From positions 32,001 to 96,000 of the IMG/VR virus record IMGVR_UViG_3300028603_000021: DNA of 64,000 nt, one strand, 5' to 3'. Shown here piece after piece: positions 44,627 through 53,972 of this stretch (the first letter of the stretch is position 1; each line of letters starts with the position of its first letter). The notes under the pieces are model-generated. The model made no database searches and was not told the origin of the DNA. It saw only the letters and a list, made by a program, of their open reading frames with translations. Source of the DNA: a virus. Lineage: Duplodnaviria > Caudoviricetes. The translations under genes and the position numbers were made by a program.

Positions 44627-45496
44627 TTGAGCATACAAGACGCAAGAGAAAAGCTTGAGTTTGCAGAAGCGCACCCAGATATATTCGATCCAGTCAAGGT
44701 TCTAGACAAAGGGTTCGTAAGACTCGTAGACTGGTACGGCACCGACTCGCGTATCGCTGAGGCGGCGCGTGTGTCTTACAAAGGTGGCACCAAAGCGGTG
44801 AGGAACGATGCCGGTCTGGTTGACTACCTCATACGTCACTCACATACTAGCCCTGTAGAGCAGGTTGGCGTGACCTTCCACATCAAAGCCCCTATATTCG
44901 TGGCTAGACAGCTCTTTCGACACAGAACCAGCTCGATAAACGAGATAAGCGCTCGATACTCGGTTGTGGAGGAGGAATTCTATGTTCCAGCAAAGGCAAG
45001 AGCCCAAGATTCAGTCAACAAGCAAGGGAGTGTCTTCGACGAGCGTCTGAGCAGCCCTAAGATGAAGGCTATCGTTGAGGAAGTGGACAACATCTCTTAC
45101 TCTGCGTATAAATCTCTGCTGAAAGAGGGCGTAGCGAGAGAAATGGCCAGGATAGTGCTCCCGGTTAACCTCTACACGGAGTTCTACTGGAACCAGAACC
45201 TACATAACCTTCTGCACCTCATACGGCTCAGGGTTGACGAGCACGCACAGTGGGAGATACGTCAGTATGCCGAAGAAATGTACCTGACGGCTAAGATATT
45301 GTTCCCTGGGGCGGTTTCCTCATGGGAAAACCACACCAAAAACTCGGTAAAGCTGTCGGGACATGAAGTAGAGATGCTTCATGAGACACTTACTCCAGAC
45401 ATCTTAGAAGCATTGCTGGAAACTGTTGAAAAAAGTGACCTTCCTTCTGGCATCAAAAGGGAAACTTCGGAAAAGTTTAAAGCCCTGGTGAAGTGA
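44627..45496 (+). CDS. thyX: flavin-dependent thymidylate synthase
   Basis: HTSPVE, RQLFRHRTSSINEISARY, AREMAR, HAQWEIR. Confidence 0.95.
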   Translation: MSIQDAREKLEFAEAHPDIFDPVKVLDKGFVRLVDWYGTDSRIAEAARVSYKGGTKAVRNDAGLVDYLIRHSHTSPVEQVGVTFHIKAPIFVARQLFRHRTSSINEISARYSVVEEEFYVPAKARAQDSVNKQGSVFDERLSSPKMKAIVEEVDNISYSAYKSLLKEGVAREMARIVLPVNLYTEFYWNQNLHNLLHLIRLRVDEHAQWEIRQYAEEMYLTAKILFPGAVSSWENHTKNSVKLSGHEVEMLHETLTPDILEALLETVEKSDLPSGIKRETSEKFKALVK

Positions 45497-46578
45497 TGGA
45501 CGAGATCTTTGCTGGGCTAGATACTGTCCTGAAGATAGTAGACACAGACTCTGATGTCTTGATACAGTCTTTCGGGACTAAGCTCTATGTGGCCTCGAAC
45601 AACGAATACCACGCAGCGATACATGAGGTTGTTACTGATACAGAGCCATTCCGTATAGTCTTGGAAGGAGAAAGTGCAAAACAGCTCCACAAAGCATTCT
45701 ACGGTGGTAGCATCTCTGTAGACGACAACATACTTACTGTAGACAGCGACGGGTCGTCTGCTGAGTTCCTCGGTCTCACAGGTAAAGAAAAGCTTACGGT
45801 CAAACGCTTAGGAGCTAAGTACACAGCAGATGACCCCGTAAGTATCGAGCCGACAGAACTACTCAGATTGTTTTCCGAAACAAAGCACGCAGCAGGCAGC
45901 CGTGATGTAGGGGATGTGCGCTTCACTGGGTATCACATCTGCATAGGTAGCTCGACTTTAGAGGTCATGGCCACTGATGGGAGTGTTATATCCTTGACAG
46001 ATGCGAAGGCTACCTACCACGGAGACGACGCTCACACCTTAGTGGTTGGGGAGGAGTTCTCGGTGGTTCCTGCTCTGATGCCAGGGGCTGAAAAAGCACT
46101 GTTGGCCTGGAAGGAAGGTACTATATCGACTACCTTCACTAAAGGTAAAGAGACCTTGAGGGTAGTTTCTAACATCATAGCCCAGTCACCGATACTTTAC
46201 CAAGAAGTCGTAGAAAAAACCGTCAGTGCGAACACCAACGAGTATATCATACCTCGCTCAGACTTCGTTACCGCACTCAACAAGGTAATATTCTTCACCG
46301 GAGACGACCAGAAGCAGAGGATAGACATCGAGGTAGAGGGCTCGGTCTGTACTTTCAGGGCTAAGAACAACAAAGGTTCTGTCACAGCGATTTCTGCCAT
46401 AACTCCGCTGGTTACTGAGCACGAAAAGCTTAAGTTCGGGATAAATCTTACATACCTTCTAGCGTTCCTGAAATCAACGAAGTACGAGGACATACACCTG
46501 TGGGTTAACACCGACAAAACTCCGATATTGTTTACTACAGGCACAGGAAAGGAGATAATCGCCGTTTTCAACACTTGA
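45493..46578 (+). CDS. dnaN: DNA polymerase III beta-type sliding clamp
   Basis: ~360 aa three-domain pattern, VMATDG, FGINLTYLL, KTPILF. Confidence 0.8.
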   Translation: MMDEIFAGLDTVLKIVDTDSDVLIQSFGTKLYVASNNEYHAAIHEVVTDTEPFRIVLEGESAKQLHKAFYGGSISVDDNILTVDSDGSSAEFLGLTGKEKLTVKRLGAKYTADDPVSIEPTELLRLFSETKHAAGSRDVGDVRFTGYHICIGSSTLEVMATDGSVISLTDAKATYHGDDAHTLVVGEEFSVVPALMPGAEKALLAWKEGTISTTFTKGKETLRVVSNIIAQSPILYQEVVEKTVSANTNEYIIPRSDFVTALNKVIFFTGDDQKQRIDIEVEGSVCTFRAKNNKGSVTAISAITPLVTEHEKLKFGINLTYLLAFLKSTKYEDIHLWVNTDKTPILFTTGTGKEIIAVFNT

Positions 46579-46603
46579 CAGCCAAAAGGATACCTGCTAT
46601 ACT
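46575..46603 (+). promoter_or_regulatory. promoter for small ORF and ssb
   Basis: TTGACA-17 nt-TATACT with extended TG. Confidence 0.8.
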
Positions 46604-46638
46604 AGCGTCATACCCACATTTGGGTGAAAGGATAAAAC

Positions 46639-46854
46639 ATGACAAACACACTTGAACGTCAACCATCAGCTTCTTCTCTCACACTACGTGAGAACTTCGA
46701 CGCATTCGTCGCAGCCTTTGAGGACGAGTTCCGTGCACAAGCAACAAAGAAGAACGAAGCCTCAGAACGCAGGATGCGTAACCTACTCCGTAAGTTCACC
46801 AAGCAAGTCTACGAGCCCTACAGGGACACGACACTCGGAAGGAACCGCGAGTAA
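46639..46854 (+). CDS. small protein, weakly Hc1/histone-H1-like
   Basis: KNEASERRMRNLL motif; GAAAGGA RBS. Confidence 0.45.
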   Translation: MTNTLERQPSASSLTLRENFDAFVAAFEDEFRAQATKKNEASERRMRNLLRKFTKQVYEPYRDTTLGRNRE

Positions 46855-46860
46855 CCACCT

Positions 46861-47580
46861 ATGAATGACGTAACTTTGAGTGGGATTATAAGCGGATCGT
46901 TTCAGGAGTACGGTAACGACGGAATCCTGTTTAAGGCTGTTGTATCGGCTGGCAGTAACAACAGCGATGAATTCACGTGCTTAGCTTTCAGCAACAACGC
47001 CTCCTTCATCAAGCACAAGGGTAAGAGTGGTCAGCGCATCGTTTTCCAAGGCAGACTAGGTAGCGATAAACTCGGTACGGAAAACTACCACAGTGCCCTT
47101 ACTGTGGGTCGAGTCCTTGCGATAACTGACTCCGACAACGGTACTGACTCTGCATCTATCGTAGTCACAGGAGAATCCGAAGTACAGGATATCCGATACG
47201 TTGGGCAGAAAGAGACACCGTTGGTTCCCATCAAGATGACCAACCTCAGAAGCTTCCGAGGACGAGACGGGCAGACCAACACTTACAAGACATTCATCGG
47301 TGCCTCCGCATGGTCTGACAGGGCTGTGGCATTAAACGCTTCGTCTCCAGAGGGTGTCTACCCGCTGGTAGTCTCAGGATTCCTGAGGTCTAGGAACTAC
47401 GAGAACCAGGACGGCGACACCATCGAAAAGATTGATGTATGGGTGCAGGAGGTTCTACAGGGAGAAGGGCTCTTCGGTGACGAAGACTCCTCCCCGGCGG
47501 AGACTTCTAAGCTCGAGAAAAGCAGCAAAACCGAGAAGAAAGAGCCACGACGCGCTGCCGTTGACGACGCTCCTTTCTAA
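46861..47580 (+). CDS. ssb: single-stranded DNA-binding protein with two OB folds
   Basis: Two OB-like repeats (VFQGRL; VSGFLRSRNYENQDG), acidic tail DDAPF. Confidence 0.85.
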   Translation: MNDVTLSGIISGSFQEYGNDGILFKAVVSAGSNNSDEFTCLAFSNNASFIKHKGKSGQRIVFQGRLGSDKLGTENYHSALTVGRVLAITDSDNGTDSASIVVTGESEVQDIRYVGQKETPLVPIKMTNLRSFRGRDGQTNTYKTFIGASAWSDRAVALNASSPEGVYPLVVSGFLRSRNYENQDGDTIEKIDVWVQEVLQGEGLFGDEDSSPAETSKLEKSSKTEKKEPRRAAVDDAPF

Positions 47581-47602
47581 ACACGAGGGTAATTCCCTCG
47601 TA

Positions 47603-47658
47603 GACTCGCAGACTGATTGCCTCCACGTGGCGCGAGTTGGGTCAAGCTAAACATCAGT
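47603..47658 (+). ncRNA. minimal HDV-like self-cleaving ribozyme #2
   Basis: GACUCGC-AG-ACUGAU-U-GCC-UCCACGU-GGC-GCGAGUU-GG-GUCAAG-CUAA-AC-AUCAGU: 7-bp P1 with G1-U, P2, P3, P1.1, J4/2 CUAA. Confidence 0.87.
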
Positions 47659-47659
47659 A

Positions 47660-47795
47660 CGGTTCGTGGTTGACACCCACACTGAAAACCGCATGGAAAA
47701 GGCACTCGCTCAGGATAATGGTTCAAATTCTTCCGATAAATAGCACTCGACTAGGTGGAAGCCCAAACAGAGTGTGGCGGGTGCCTGGAACATGC
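47660..47795 (+). ncRNA. unassigned structured RNA between ribozyme #2 and dNMP kinase
   Basis: GCATG/CATGC plus AGGCACTCGC/GCGGGTGCCT closing stems, inner GCACTC/GAGTGT stem, two T-loop-like motifs. Confidence 0.55.
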
Positions 47796-47811
47796 ACGAG
47801 AAAGGGGTAAG

Positions 47812-48339
47812 ATGCTAGTAGGTATATCGGGCAAGAAAAGGGTAGGGAAAGACACATTCTACCAGCTGTCAAAAAGCCACTTAGAACACAAAGTTCCAGG
47901 CATAAAAGTAAGAAAATACTCCTTTGCAGATGCAGTTAAGCAGTACGCTGTAACATATTTTAAAACTAACCCAGAAGATAAAGAAGTAACTAGGTACATA
48001 CTACAGGGCATCGGACAGATGATGCGAGATGTTGTACGTAAAGACTACTGGATAGAGAAAGTACTTAACCTGTACGAACTAGATGTGCTAGTCGGAGGTG
48101 TTGACGTAGGGTTTGTCACCGATGTACGCTACACAAACGAAGCTGATATCTTCCACGACGACGATCTGTTGGTCAGAGTCACAGCACCCATCCTCCACTC
48201 AGACCCCCACCCCAGCGAAACAGCTCTGGATAACTATCACTTTGAGTACATGATAAACAACGATGGAACACTAGAAGAGTACAAAAGAAAGGTGGAAGAA
48301 TGGACGGACAAGATGATACTCCCCAGATTGATGAAGTAG
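47812..48339 (+). CDS. deoxynucleoside monophosphate kinase
   Basis: GISGKKRVGKDT, SFADAVK, RYILQGIG, TDVRYTNE, HPSETALD. Confidence 0.9.
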   Translation: MLVGISGKKRVGKDTFYQLSKSHLEHKVPGIKVRKYSFADAVKQYAVTYFKTNPEDKEVTRYILQGIGQMMRDVVRKDYWIEKVLNLYELDVLVGGVDVGFVTDVRYTNEADIFHDDDLLVRVTAPILHSDPHPSETALDNYHFEYMINNDGTLEEYKRKVEEWTDKMILPRLMK

Positions 48340-48911
48340 CCGCTATGCAAAACACGATACTAGCAATGGTGACCGGTGAAACTCCTGCACCAGGTAGGTC
48401 TGTAACCAGTGATCTCATAACTCCCAAGATAACCTTCGAGAAGCTTCTAGACACAGCGGTGATTCCAACACACCACGGTGAGTCTCAGCACGACAACGTA
48501 GGCATGGACTTCTACGCCGCTGAAGATGTTAACTGGAGGCGGGTATTCCATGAAAACACCGTTGGTCATGCAGATGTCATCCAGAAGTCTCCTTCCATAG
48601 TCTCTGTTGCACTAGTGCGCACCGGGTTGCGTGTAGCCCTACCACCAGGGATGCACCTCAGGTTTGCCTCGCGGAGCGGGTTAGCTACAAAGTCACTTGT
48701 CTATGCATTTCCCGGGACAGTAGACTCTTCGTTTCGCGGAGAGCTTATGATACAGCTTCTTGCTTTCGGAACGCATCCGCCCTACCTGAAAGCTGGGGCT
48801 AAGATCGCTCAGGGGATAGTTTTCCGAAGCGAAAGCTATAACATCTTCGAAGGTAAGGTCTCTCTAGATACATCCCGTGGGGAGGCAGGTTTCGGGAGCA
48901 CCGGACTGTGA
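48300..48911 (+). CDS. dut: trimeric dUTPase
   Basis: GMDFYA, SRSGLA, GTVDSSFRGE, IAQG, RGEAGFGSTG. Confidence 0.93.
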   Translation: MDGQDDTPQIDEVAAMQNTILAMVTGETPAPGRSVTSDLITPKITFEKLLDTAVIPTHHGESQHDNVGMDFYAAEDVNWRRVFHENTVGHADVIQKSPSIVSVALVRTGLRVALPPGMHLRFASRSGLATKSLVYAFPGTVDSSFRGELMIQLLAFGTHPPYLKAGAKIAQGIVFRSESYNIFEGKVSLDTSRGEAGFGSTGL

Positions 48912-49183
48912 TGCCTATCTACGACTACAAGTGCCGAGAATGTGGTAACATATGGGAAGTAGAACACTCGATATCGGTGGATGACGCTGTGGAAGAACTA
49001 GGACTGAAATGCCCAGAATGTGGGTCACAAGACATCTTCAAGTACCTGGGCAAGCGCAAGAGCCTTACAGTCAAGTTTATCGGCACTGGGTGGTACATCA
49101 ACGATTCAGCTTTAGAAGCCGCTGGGATGCCAGAAGCTACCAGAAACAGCCCGGAGACCAAGAAGCGTTTGTTCAGAGACTGA
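48908..49183 (+). CDS. FmdB-family zinc-ribbon protein
   Basis: MPIYDYKCRECG..CPECGS..FIGTGWYIND. Confidence 0.88.
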   Translation: MMPIYDYKCRECGNIWEVEHSISVDDAVEELGLKCPECGSQDIFKYLGKRKSLTVKFIGTGWYINDSALEAAGMPEATRNSPETKKRLFRD

Positions 49184-49193
49184 GGAGGGTTAT

Positions 49194-50867
49194 GTGCTGT
49201 CAGAGATACTAGAAAAAGTTGACTTCGTTGCCCTCGTGTCACGAAAAATCTCTCTAACAAAGACCAAGCCAGATTCTTACAAGGGGCTTTCTCCGTTCAC
49301 GAACGAGAAAACCCCAAGTTTCTTTGTGAACGCTCACTCTAAGACGTGGTATGACTTCTCTGCTGGTAAGGGCGGGGGAGTTATCGACTACGTGATGCAG
49401 ACAGAAAACATCTCTAAGGAGGGTGCAGTTGCCTTCTTAGCAGACCTCGTAGGCATAGAGATAGAGCAGAACCACCACCTGACTCCACTGAGGAAGATAG
49501 TCAAACTGAGCTACGACTTTTTCCTAGAGCACGCGGAGCAAGCTTACCCGTACATGAAGTCTCGGGGGTTTTCTGTAGACACGCTGAAGCGCTACGGGGT
49601 GGGATTCGCCCCGGACGGAAACAAGACACTTATAGACCATCTTCTTGCGGCTAAGTGTAAGTCAGACGACATAGTTGCAACTGGAGTCGGGTACATCAAC
49701 AACGGAAGGCTGCTGTCTAGATACCAAAACAGAGTGGTTTTCCCGATAAAAGACGCCTATGGCACTATAGTTTCGTTTACGGGCAGGGCAACCGACGCAA
49801 CCCATCACGCCGCACCGCGTTACGTCCACGGTGCTAGCTCTCCGATATTCCGCAAGAAGGAAGTCGTTTGGAACCTGAGCAGCGTAAGAAACCTTATCGC
49901 TGAGCATAACATGGTTATCGTGTGTGAAGGTCAGATGGATGCGTTGTCTGTGTGTGAAGCCGGTCTTCCTGGCGTGGCGATACTAGGTTCCAACCCCACC
50001 AACGAGCAGATAAAACTGCTTGCTGGAGCAGCAGCAAACATCTACTTTGTCTTCGACTCTGACTCTGCTGGTGAAAAAGCGCTGCTAGAAGCCTTCAAGG
50101 TCGCAGAAGACACTGGGGTAGACTCCGTTCTGTACTCTATAGTGCTCCCGGAGAAAGAAGACCCCAACTCGTACTTACAGTCACACTCCACGGAAGACTT
50201 CTTGTCATTAGTAACTAACGCCAGGTCAGACACCTCTGCTATCATCCGTGCACTCATCAAGAAAAACTTGGGAGCTAACCGCACCAGAAGCCAAGTAGCT
50301 AGCGCTGTCATACGCGAGCTAGCGCCTTACGTTCAGAGTAAGCTCAGCTACCGTGGTTTAGACTTAGTAGAGCGAGCTTCTCAGGAGTTCAGCATAGACC
50401 AGCGCCAGCTACAGCAGATGATCCAGTACAAAAACGCCGACAAAGTGTCTGCACTGGATCTGGATAAGATGACATTCCCAGCACCGATATATGAAAGACG
50501 CATACTCTATTTCGTTCTAGACAACCCTAGTAACATCATAGAGTTCAGGAAAAGCGGGATTTCTTACCTAGACTTTGAATCCTCGCTCGTGAGCAAGGCC
50601 TTAGAAACAGTTGACCCGACCATGGACTCAGCTGCTGTGTTCGACGCCTTGAAAGACGCCCTTGAAGAGGAAGAATACTACACGATACTGGAGTTTTACT
50701 CGAAGGGTCTAGACGGGTCGTTCACGACAGCGCTAGAGGTCATGCGGGGGATGGTGCTCAAGAGAACCAGAGACGCTAAGAACGATTTCCTCGGGAGGTC
50801 TACGCCAGACACGGACTTCATCAGAGAGAAAAGGCGAGAACTTAAGGAAAAGTTAGGAGCAAGATGA
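49194..50867 (+). CDS. dnaG: DnaG-type DNA primase
   Basis: PFTNEKTPSF, RVVFPI, FTGR, VCEGQMDA, FDSDSAG, DP. Confidence 0.93.
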   Translation: MLSEILEKVDFVALVSRKISLTKTKPDSYKGLSPFTNEKTPSFFVNAHSKTWYDFSAGKGGGVIDYVMQTENISKEGAVAFLADLVGIEIEQNHHLTPLRKIVKLSYDFFLEHAEQAYPYMKSRGFSVDTLKRYGVGFAPDGNKTLIDHLLAAKCKSDDIVATGVGYINNGRLLSRYQNRVVFPIKDAYGTIVSFTGRATDATHHAAPRYVHGASSPIFRKKEVVWNLSSVRNLIAEHNMVIVCEGQMDALSVCEAGLPGVAILGSNPTNEQIKLLAGAAANIYFVFDSDSAGEKALLEAFKVAEDTGVDSVLYSIVLPEKEDPNSYLQSHSTEDFLSLVTNARSDTSAIIRALIKKNLGANRTRSQVASAVIRELAPYVQSKLSYRGLDLVERASQEFSIDQRQLQQMIQYKNADKVSALDLDKMTFPAPIYERRILYFVLDNPSNIIEFRKSGISYLDFESSLVSKALETVDPTMDSAAVFDALKDALEEEEYYTILEFYSKGLDGSFTTALEVMRGMVLKRTRDAKNDFLGRSTPDTDFIREKRRELKEKLGAR

Positions 50868-51736
50868 ACACAAAAGATTACCTGTTCTCTGCGTCCTCTT
50901 ACAAGGAGTACCAGCAGTGTGGGTTAAAATTCCGCTACAAGCGAGTAGATAAGATTCCATCTGGCGACGAGATCTCTCATCACAGATGGTTTGGACGGAT
51001 CGTGCACGACCTGGTTTACATCGGTCTAGCCGAGAGGAACGGCAGCAAAGACTACACCCTCAGAGACAAAGCTCAGAAGAGGTATGCAACCTCTCTGGTG
51101 GCCGGGATATGGGACACACGACCCAAAGACGAGACGGCTAAAGCTGTCATGGAGGGGGCTGGGGATAAACCAGAAAACTTCTTCCCCGGTAAGATACAGT
51201 CTTTACAAGGCACTCCCTCGGCTATAGAGAAAGGCTGGGAAAAACAAGCCAGAACTATGGTAGGAAACGGGATAACTGCCCTAAGCCCTATCCTCAACGA
51301 TATCATAGAGATAGAGGCTAAACTCCTCTGGAAGTGGCACGACAGACGGTTCATAGGGTACGTGGACATCATATCCAAGGAAGACGGCAAGATTCACTTC
51401 TATGACCTGAAAACCGCCTGGAACAAGCCCGGCAAGAGCCTAGAGAAAGACTTTCAGTTCTACAGCTATTCTCTGGCTCTGAAGGAAAAGTATAACCTAG
51501 ACTACTACCCGACAGGACACTGGGTACATCTCAAAGACGGGTCTGTGCTAGATTTTGATGTAACGCAAGAGATAATCGACTACCACGACAAAGATGCAGA
51601 CCAGCTGTTCGAAAGGCTAGAGAACGATGTATTCCCAGCGAGCCTGGGAAGCCCGTTATGCAGGTTCTGCGACTACAGAAACCTGTGCTACGGAGAAGAT
51701 TTCGACTGGGAAGGGTGGAAACCAACGCTATGGTGA
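50864..51736 (+). CDS. PD-(D/E)xK (RecB/Cas4-like) exonuclease
   Basis: SASSYKEYQQC, GYVD, DLKT, QFYSY, CRFCDYRNLC. Confidence 0.88.
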   Translation: MNTKDYLFSASSYKEYQQCGLKFRYKRVDKIPSGDEISHHRWFGRIVHDLVYIGLAERNGSKDYTLRDKAQKRYATSLVAGIWDTRPKDETAKAVMEGAGDKPENFFPGKIQSLQGTPSAIEKGWEKQARTMVGNGITALSPILNDIIEIEAKLLWKWHDRRFIGYVDIISKEDGKIHFYDLKTAWNKPGKSLEKDFQFYSYSLALKEKYNLDYYPTGHWVHLKDGSVLDFDVTQEIIDYHDKDADQLFERLENDVFPASLGSPLCRFCDYRNLCYGEDFDWEGWKPTLW

Positions 51737-51942
51737 TAAAGGGACTCAACAACCATGTTATACTGACTCCGATACCCAACGAAGAGCTATGGGGCGTTGC
51801 CGTGACTGCAAACAAAAACCTGGGTATAAGCCCAGGCGATAACGTCTTGTTTGCTTTCGGTAGCTACTACGAGTTCTCAGTGGAGGGGACGGCATACATA
51901 GCCGTGCCAGAAGCTGATGTAGTAGCGCTCGTCTCCACCTAG
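51730..51942 (+). CDS. GroES-like protein lacking the mobile loop
   Basis: IKGLNNHVILTP..PGDNVLF..VEGTAYIAVPEADVVALV. Confidence 0.65.
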   Translation: MVIKGLNNHVILTPIPNEELWGVAVTANKNLGISPGDNVLFAFGSYYEFSVEGTAYIAVPEADVVALVST

Positions 51943-52328
51943 GGTATAGGGGTCTGTGTACCCCTGTCGCTGCCCCCACCATTTTTCTTTTGTGGCGGGG
52001 TATCCTTACCACCCTTACCGTCTTCGTATTCTTTCTGAGCCTTCTCAAGCTCTGACAGCAGGTCGTCTATCTTCTTCTCTCTAGCCGCTTCTTCTTCCGT
52101 GGGGACATAAGCAATAAGCTCCCCACGGTGTTTTTCTATCGTCTCTCTTATGATCTTGGCGGTCTGGGCTTCTACGAATTCTTGCAGCTTAACTGGGTCT
52201 ATAACAGCAGTACCGTCTTTCTTCTCGGCTGTTCCTAGTTTGTCTAGAGCACCGAAAAGCCCCTTGAGCACTGGTGCAATATACGGAAGAAACTTAAGTA
52301 TAAGACCTAGTATGGCGAATATCTGCAT
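51939..52328 (-). CDS. hypothetical protein with hydrophobic N-terminus
   Basis: Lies downstream of holin-like gene and endonuclease. Confidence 0.55.
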   Translation of the reverse strand: MQIFAILGLILKFLPYIAPVLKGLFGALDKLGTAEKKDGTAVIDPVKLQEFVEAQTAKIIRETIEKHRGELIAYVPTEEEAAREKKIDDLLSELEKAQKEYEDGKGGKDTPPQKKNGGGSDRGTQTPIP

Positions 52329-52335
52329 ATTATCA

Positions 52336-53934
52336 TTATCTCCTTATCTCCCATGTTTTAGTTCCTGCTGCGAAAACCTTAGCAACACCCCTCGACTTGA
52401 GGAATGTTTCAGCGTCTTCACCATCATACTCCGGGAACATAGACGAAATCTTGTGCTTCTGAAACTTCTCGCGTGGGTATAGCTTACCCCTGTAGGTGAA
52501 ATAAAGAGTGTACGGGAACGACCCAACCAGAGAAAATCCGTTAGAAGCGTACACATTGCCCGTAGCATAGCGGTTAGCAGAGTGTGTACGTATCACAGAG
52601 TCAGGTACTGCGCTTAGGAGCTTGGAAAATCCTCCGATCACCTGGGTGTTTACCTTAGAGACGAACCTGTCGATGGTTTTTATACCGCGCCGTGTCGATA
52701 AGCCTAAAACTGATACAAGGTTTCCCTCGTGCGTTAAACCGAGCTTGGTTTTAGAGTTAACAGCGCCCTGAAGGTGGTTATCACGAAGGAAGTTTCTATA
52801 GTCACTGGATGACAGCTCTACCAGCTTGGTTTTTCTGCCATATATCCTCTCTTCAGTGTGGCCTAGGGCATGGGAAACCATAGATCTGACTATATCTGGT
52901 TTCTCTAGTATCTCATAGTCAAAAAACTGAAGCAACGTCACACCACGAGCCTCGGCAGCGTCTTGTTTTTCTTGGTGGTATCTCTTACCCAAGAAACTGT
53001 GCCAGTATGCGCCATCTACTTCGATTGCAACTGACTTCTCTGGGATGAATATATCCAGTTCCATACCGCCTAGAACACTACGGTCGTTTATAACTGTGTC
53101 AACCCCCAAGCTCCCTACGAAGTCAAGAAGCTGGTTATGTGGCTTAGACACACGCACAGACCGCTTCTGGTGTCCTTTGCCTTCTAGGTGGTTGCTAGCC
53201 GTCTGCCAAAAGTCGCCGTAGACAGGACAAGTTATAAGTATCTTGTTCCTCGCGCTGCTGTAGTCAGACTTAGAGTAGTCATAAGTATCACCGTGCACAC
53301 CTACTGCTCTTCCGATAAATTCTTCACGAGAAAGAGTCCTTTTTTCTCCTGATTTCTCGTAACCTCGTACACGGTGTCCTCTACCCTTAAGTAACTCATT
53401 TGGTAAAATCCAGAAGTCTCCGTGCTCTGGGTCTGTTACACATACCTTAGTCTTCGCATTGATGTAGCTGGTTTTAGAATAGTCGTAGAGATACCCATGT
53501 ACTGCCTTAGCTAGGCGTATAAACTCCTCTTGTGACCTGACGTTCTTGTCTCTAGAAGCTTCAGACCCTCTGCTCGGATGCCCTCTACCCTCTAGGTGAT
53601 GATGAGCTGACTGCCAGAACTCGCCATAATCCGGGTCTATGATACACACCTTAGAGAACGAGCCAGCATAGCTTACCTTAGAGTAGTCGTATAGTCCGTT
53701 ATGCACCTCAGAGGCGCGAGCTATAAACTCTTCTTGAGACATAGAGATACGATTTACATACCTCTCTCTGTTACCGTTTCCAGAGAGGTGTTTGTTGGGG
53801 GTTTGCCAGAAATCTCCGAACTCAGGGTCGGTGATGCACACCTTAGTTTTAGAATTTACGTAAGATACCTTGCTGTAGTCATAAAGATCTCCGTGCACCT
53901 CACGTGCTTTTTCTATGAACTCTTCAGTTCCCAT
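52336..53934 (-). CDS. Hef-like putative homing endonuclease with DUF723-type repeats (paralogue of 15639-17240)
   Basis: Four EFIEKAREVHGDLYDYSKV-type repeats, IEVDGAYWHS, NHLQGAVNSKTKLGL. Confidence 0.8.
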   Translation of the reverse strand: MGTEEFIEKAREVHGDLYDYSKVSYVNSKTKVCITDPEFGDFWQTPNKHLSGNGNRERYVNRISMSQEEFIARASEVHNGLYDYSKVSYAGSFSKVCIIDPDYGEFWQSAHHHLEGRGHPSRGSEASRDKNVRSQEEFIRLAKAVHGYLYDYSKTSYINAKTKVCVTDPEHGDFWILPNELLKGRGHRVRGYEKSGEKRTLSREEFIGRAVGVHGDTYDYSKSDYSSARNKILITCPVYGDFWQTASNHLEGKGHQKRSVRVSKPHNQLLDFVGSLGVDTVINDRSVLGGMELDIFIPEKSVAIEVDGAYWHSFLGKRYHQEKQDAAEARGVTLLQFFDYEILEKPDIVRSMVSHALGHTEERIYGRKTKLVELSSSDYRNFLRDNHLQGAVNSKTKLGLTHEGNLVSVLGLSTRRGIKTIDRFVSKVNTQVIGGFSKLLSAVPDSVIRTHSANRYATGNVYASNGFSLVGSFPYTLYFTYRGKLYPREKFQKHKISSMFPEYDGEDAETFLKSRGVAKVFAAGTKTWEIRR

Positions 53935-53972
53935 TATCTTTTATTCTATCACTACCGACACCGCATGTCAAA

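Noticed and set aside
47691-47795. FMN or cobalamin riboswitch; second self-cleaving ribozyme
   Set aside because: Only T-loop-like fragments match. No hammerhead CUGANGA/GAAA, twister or pistol core was recognised, so ribozyme-flanked circularisation is not supported from sequence alone.
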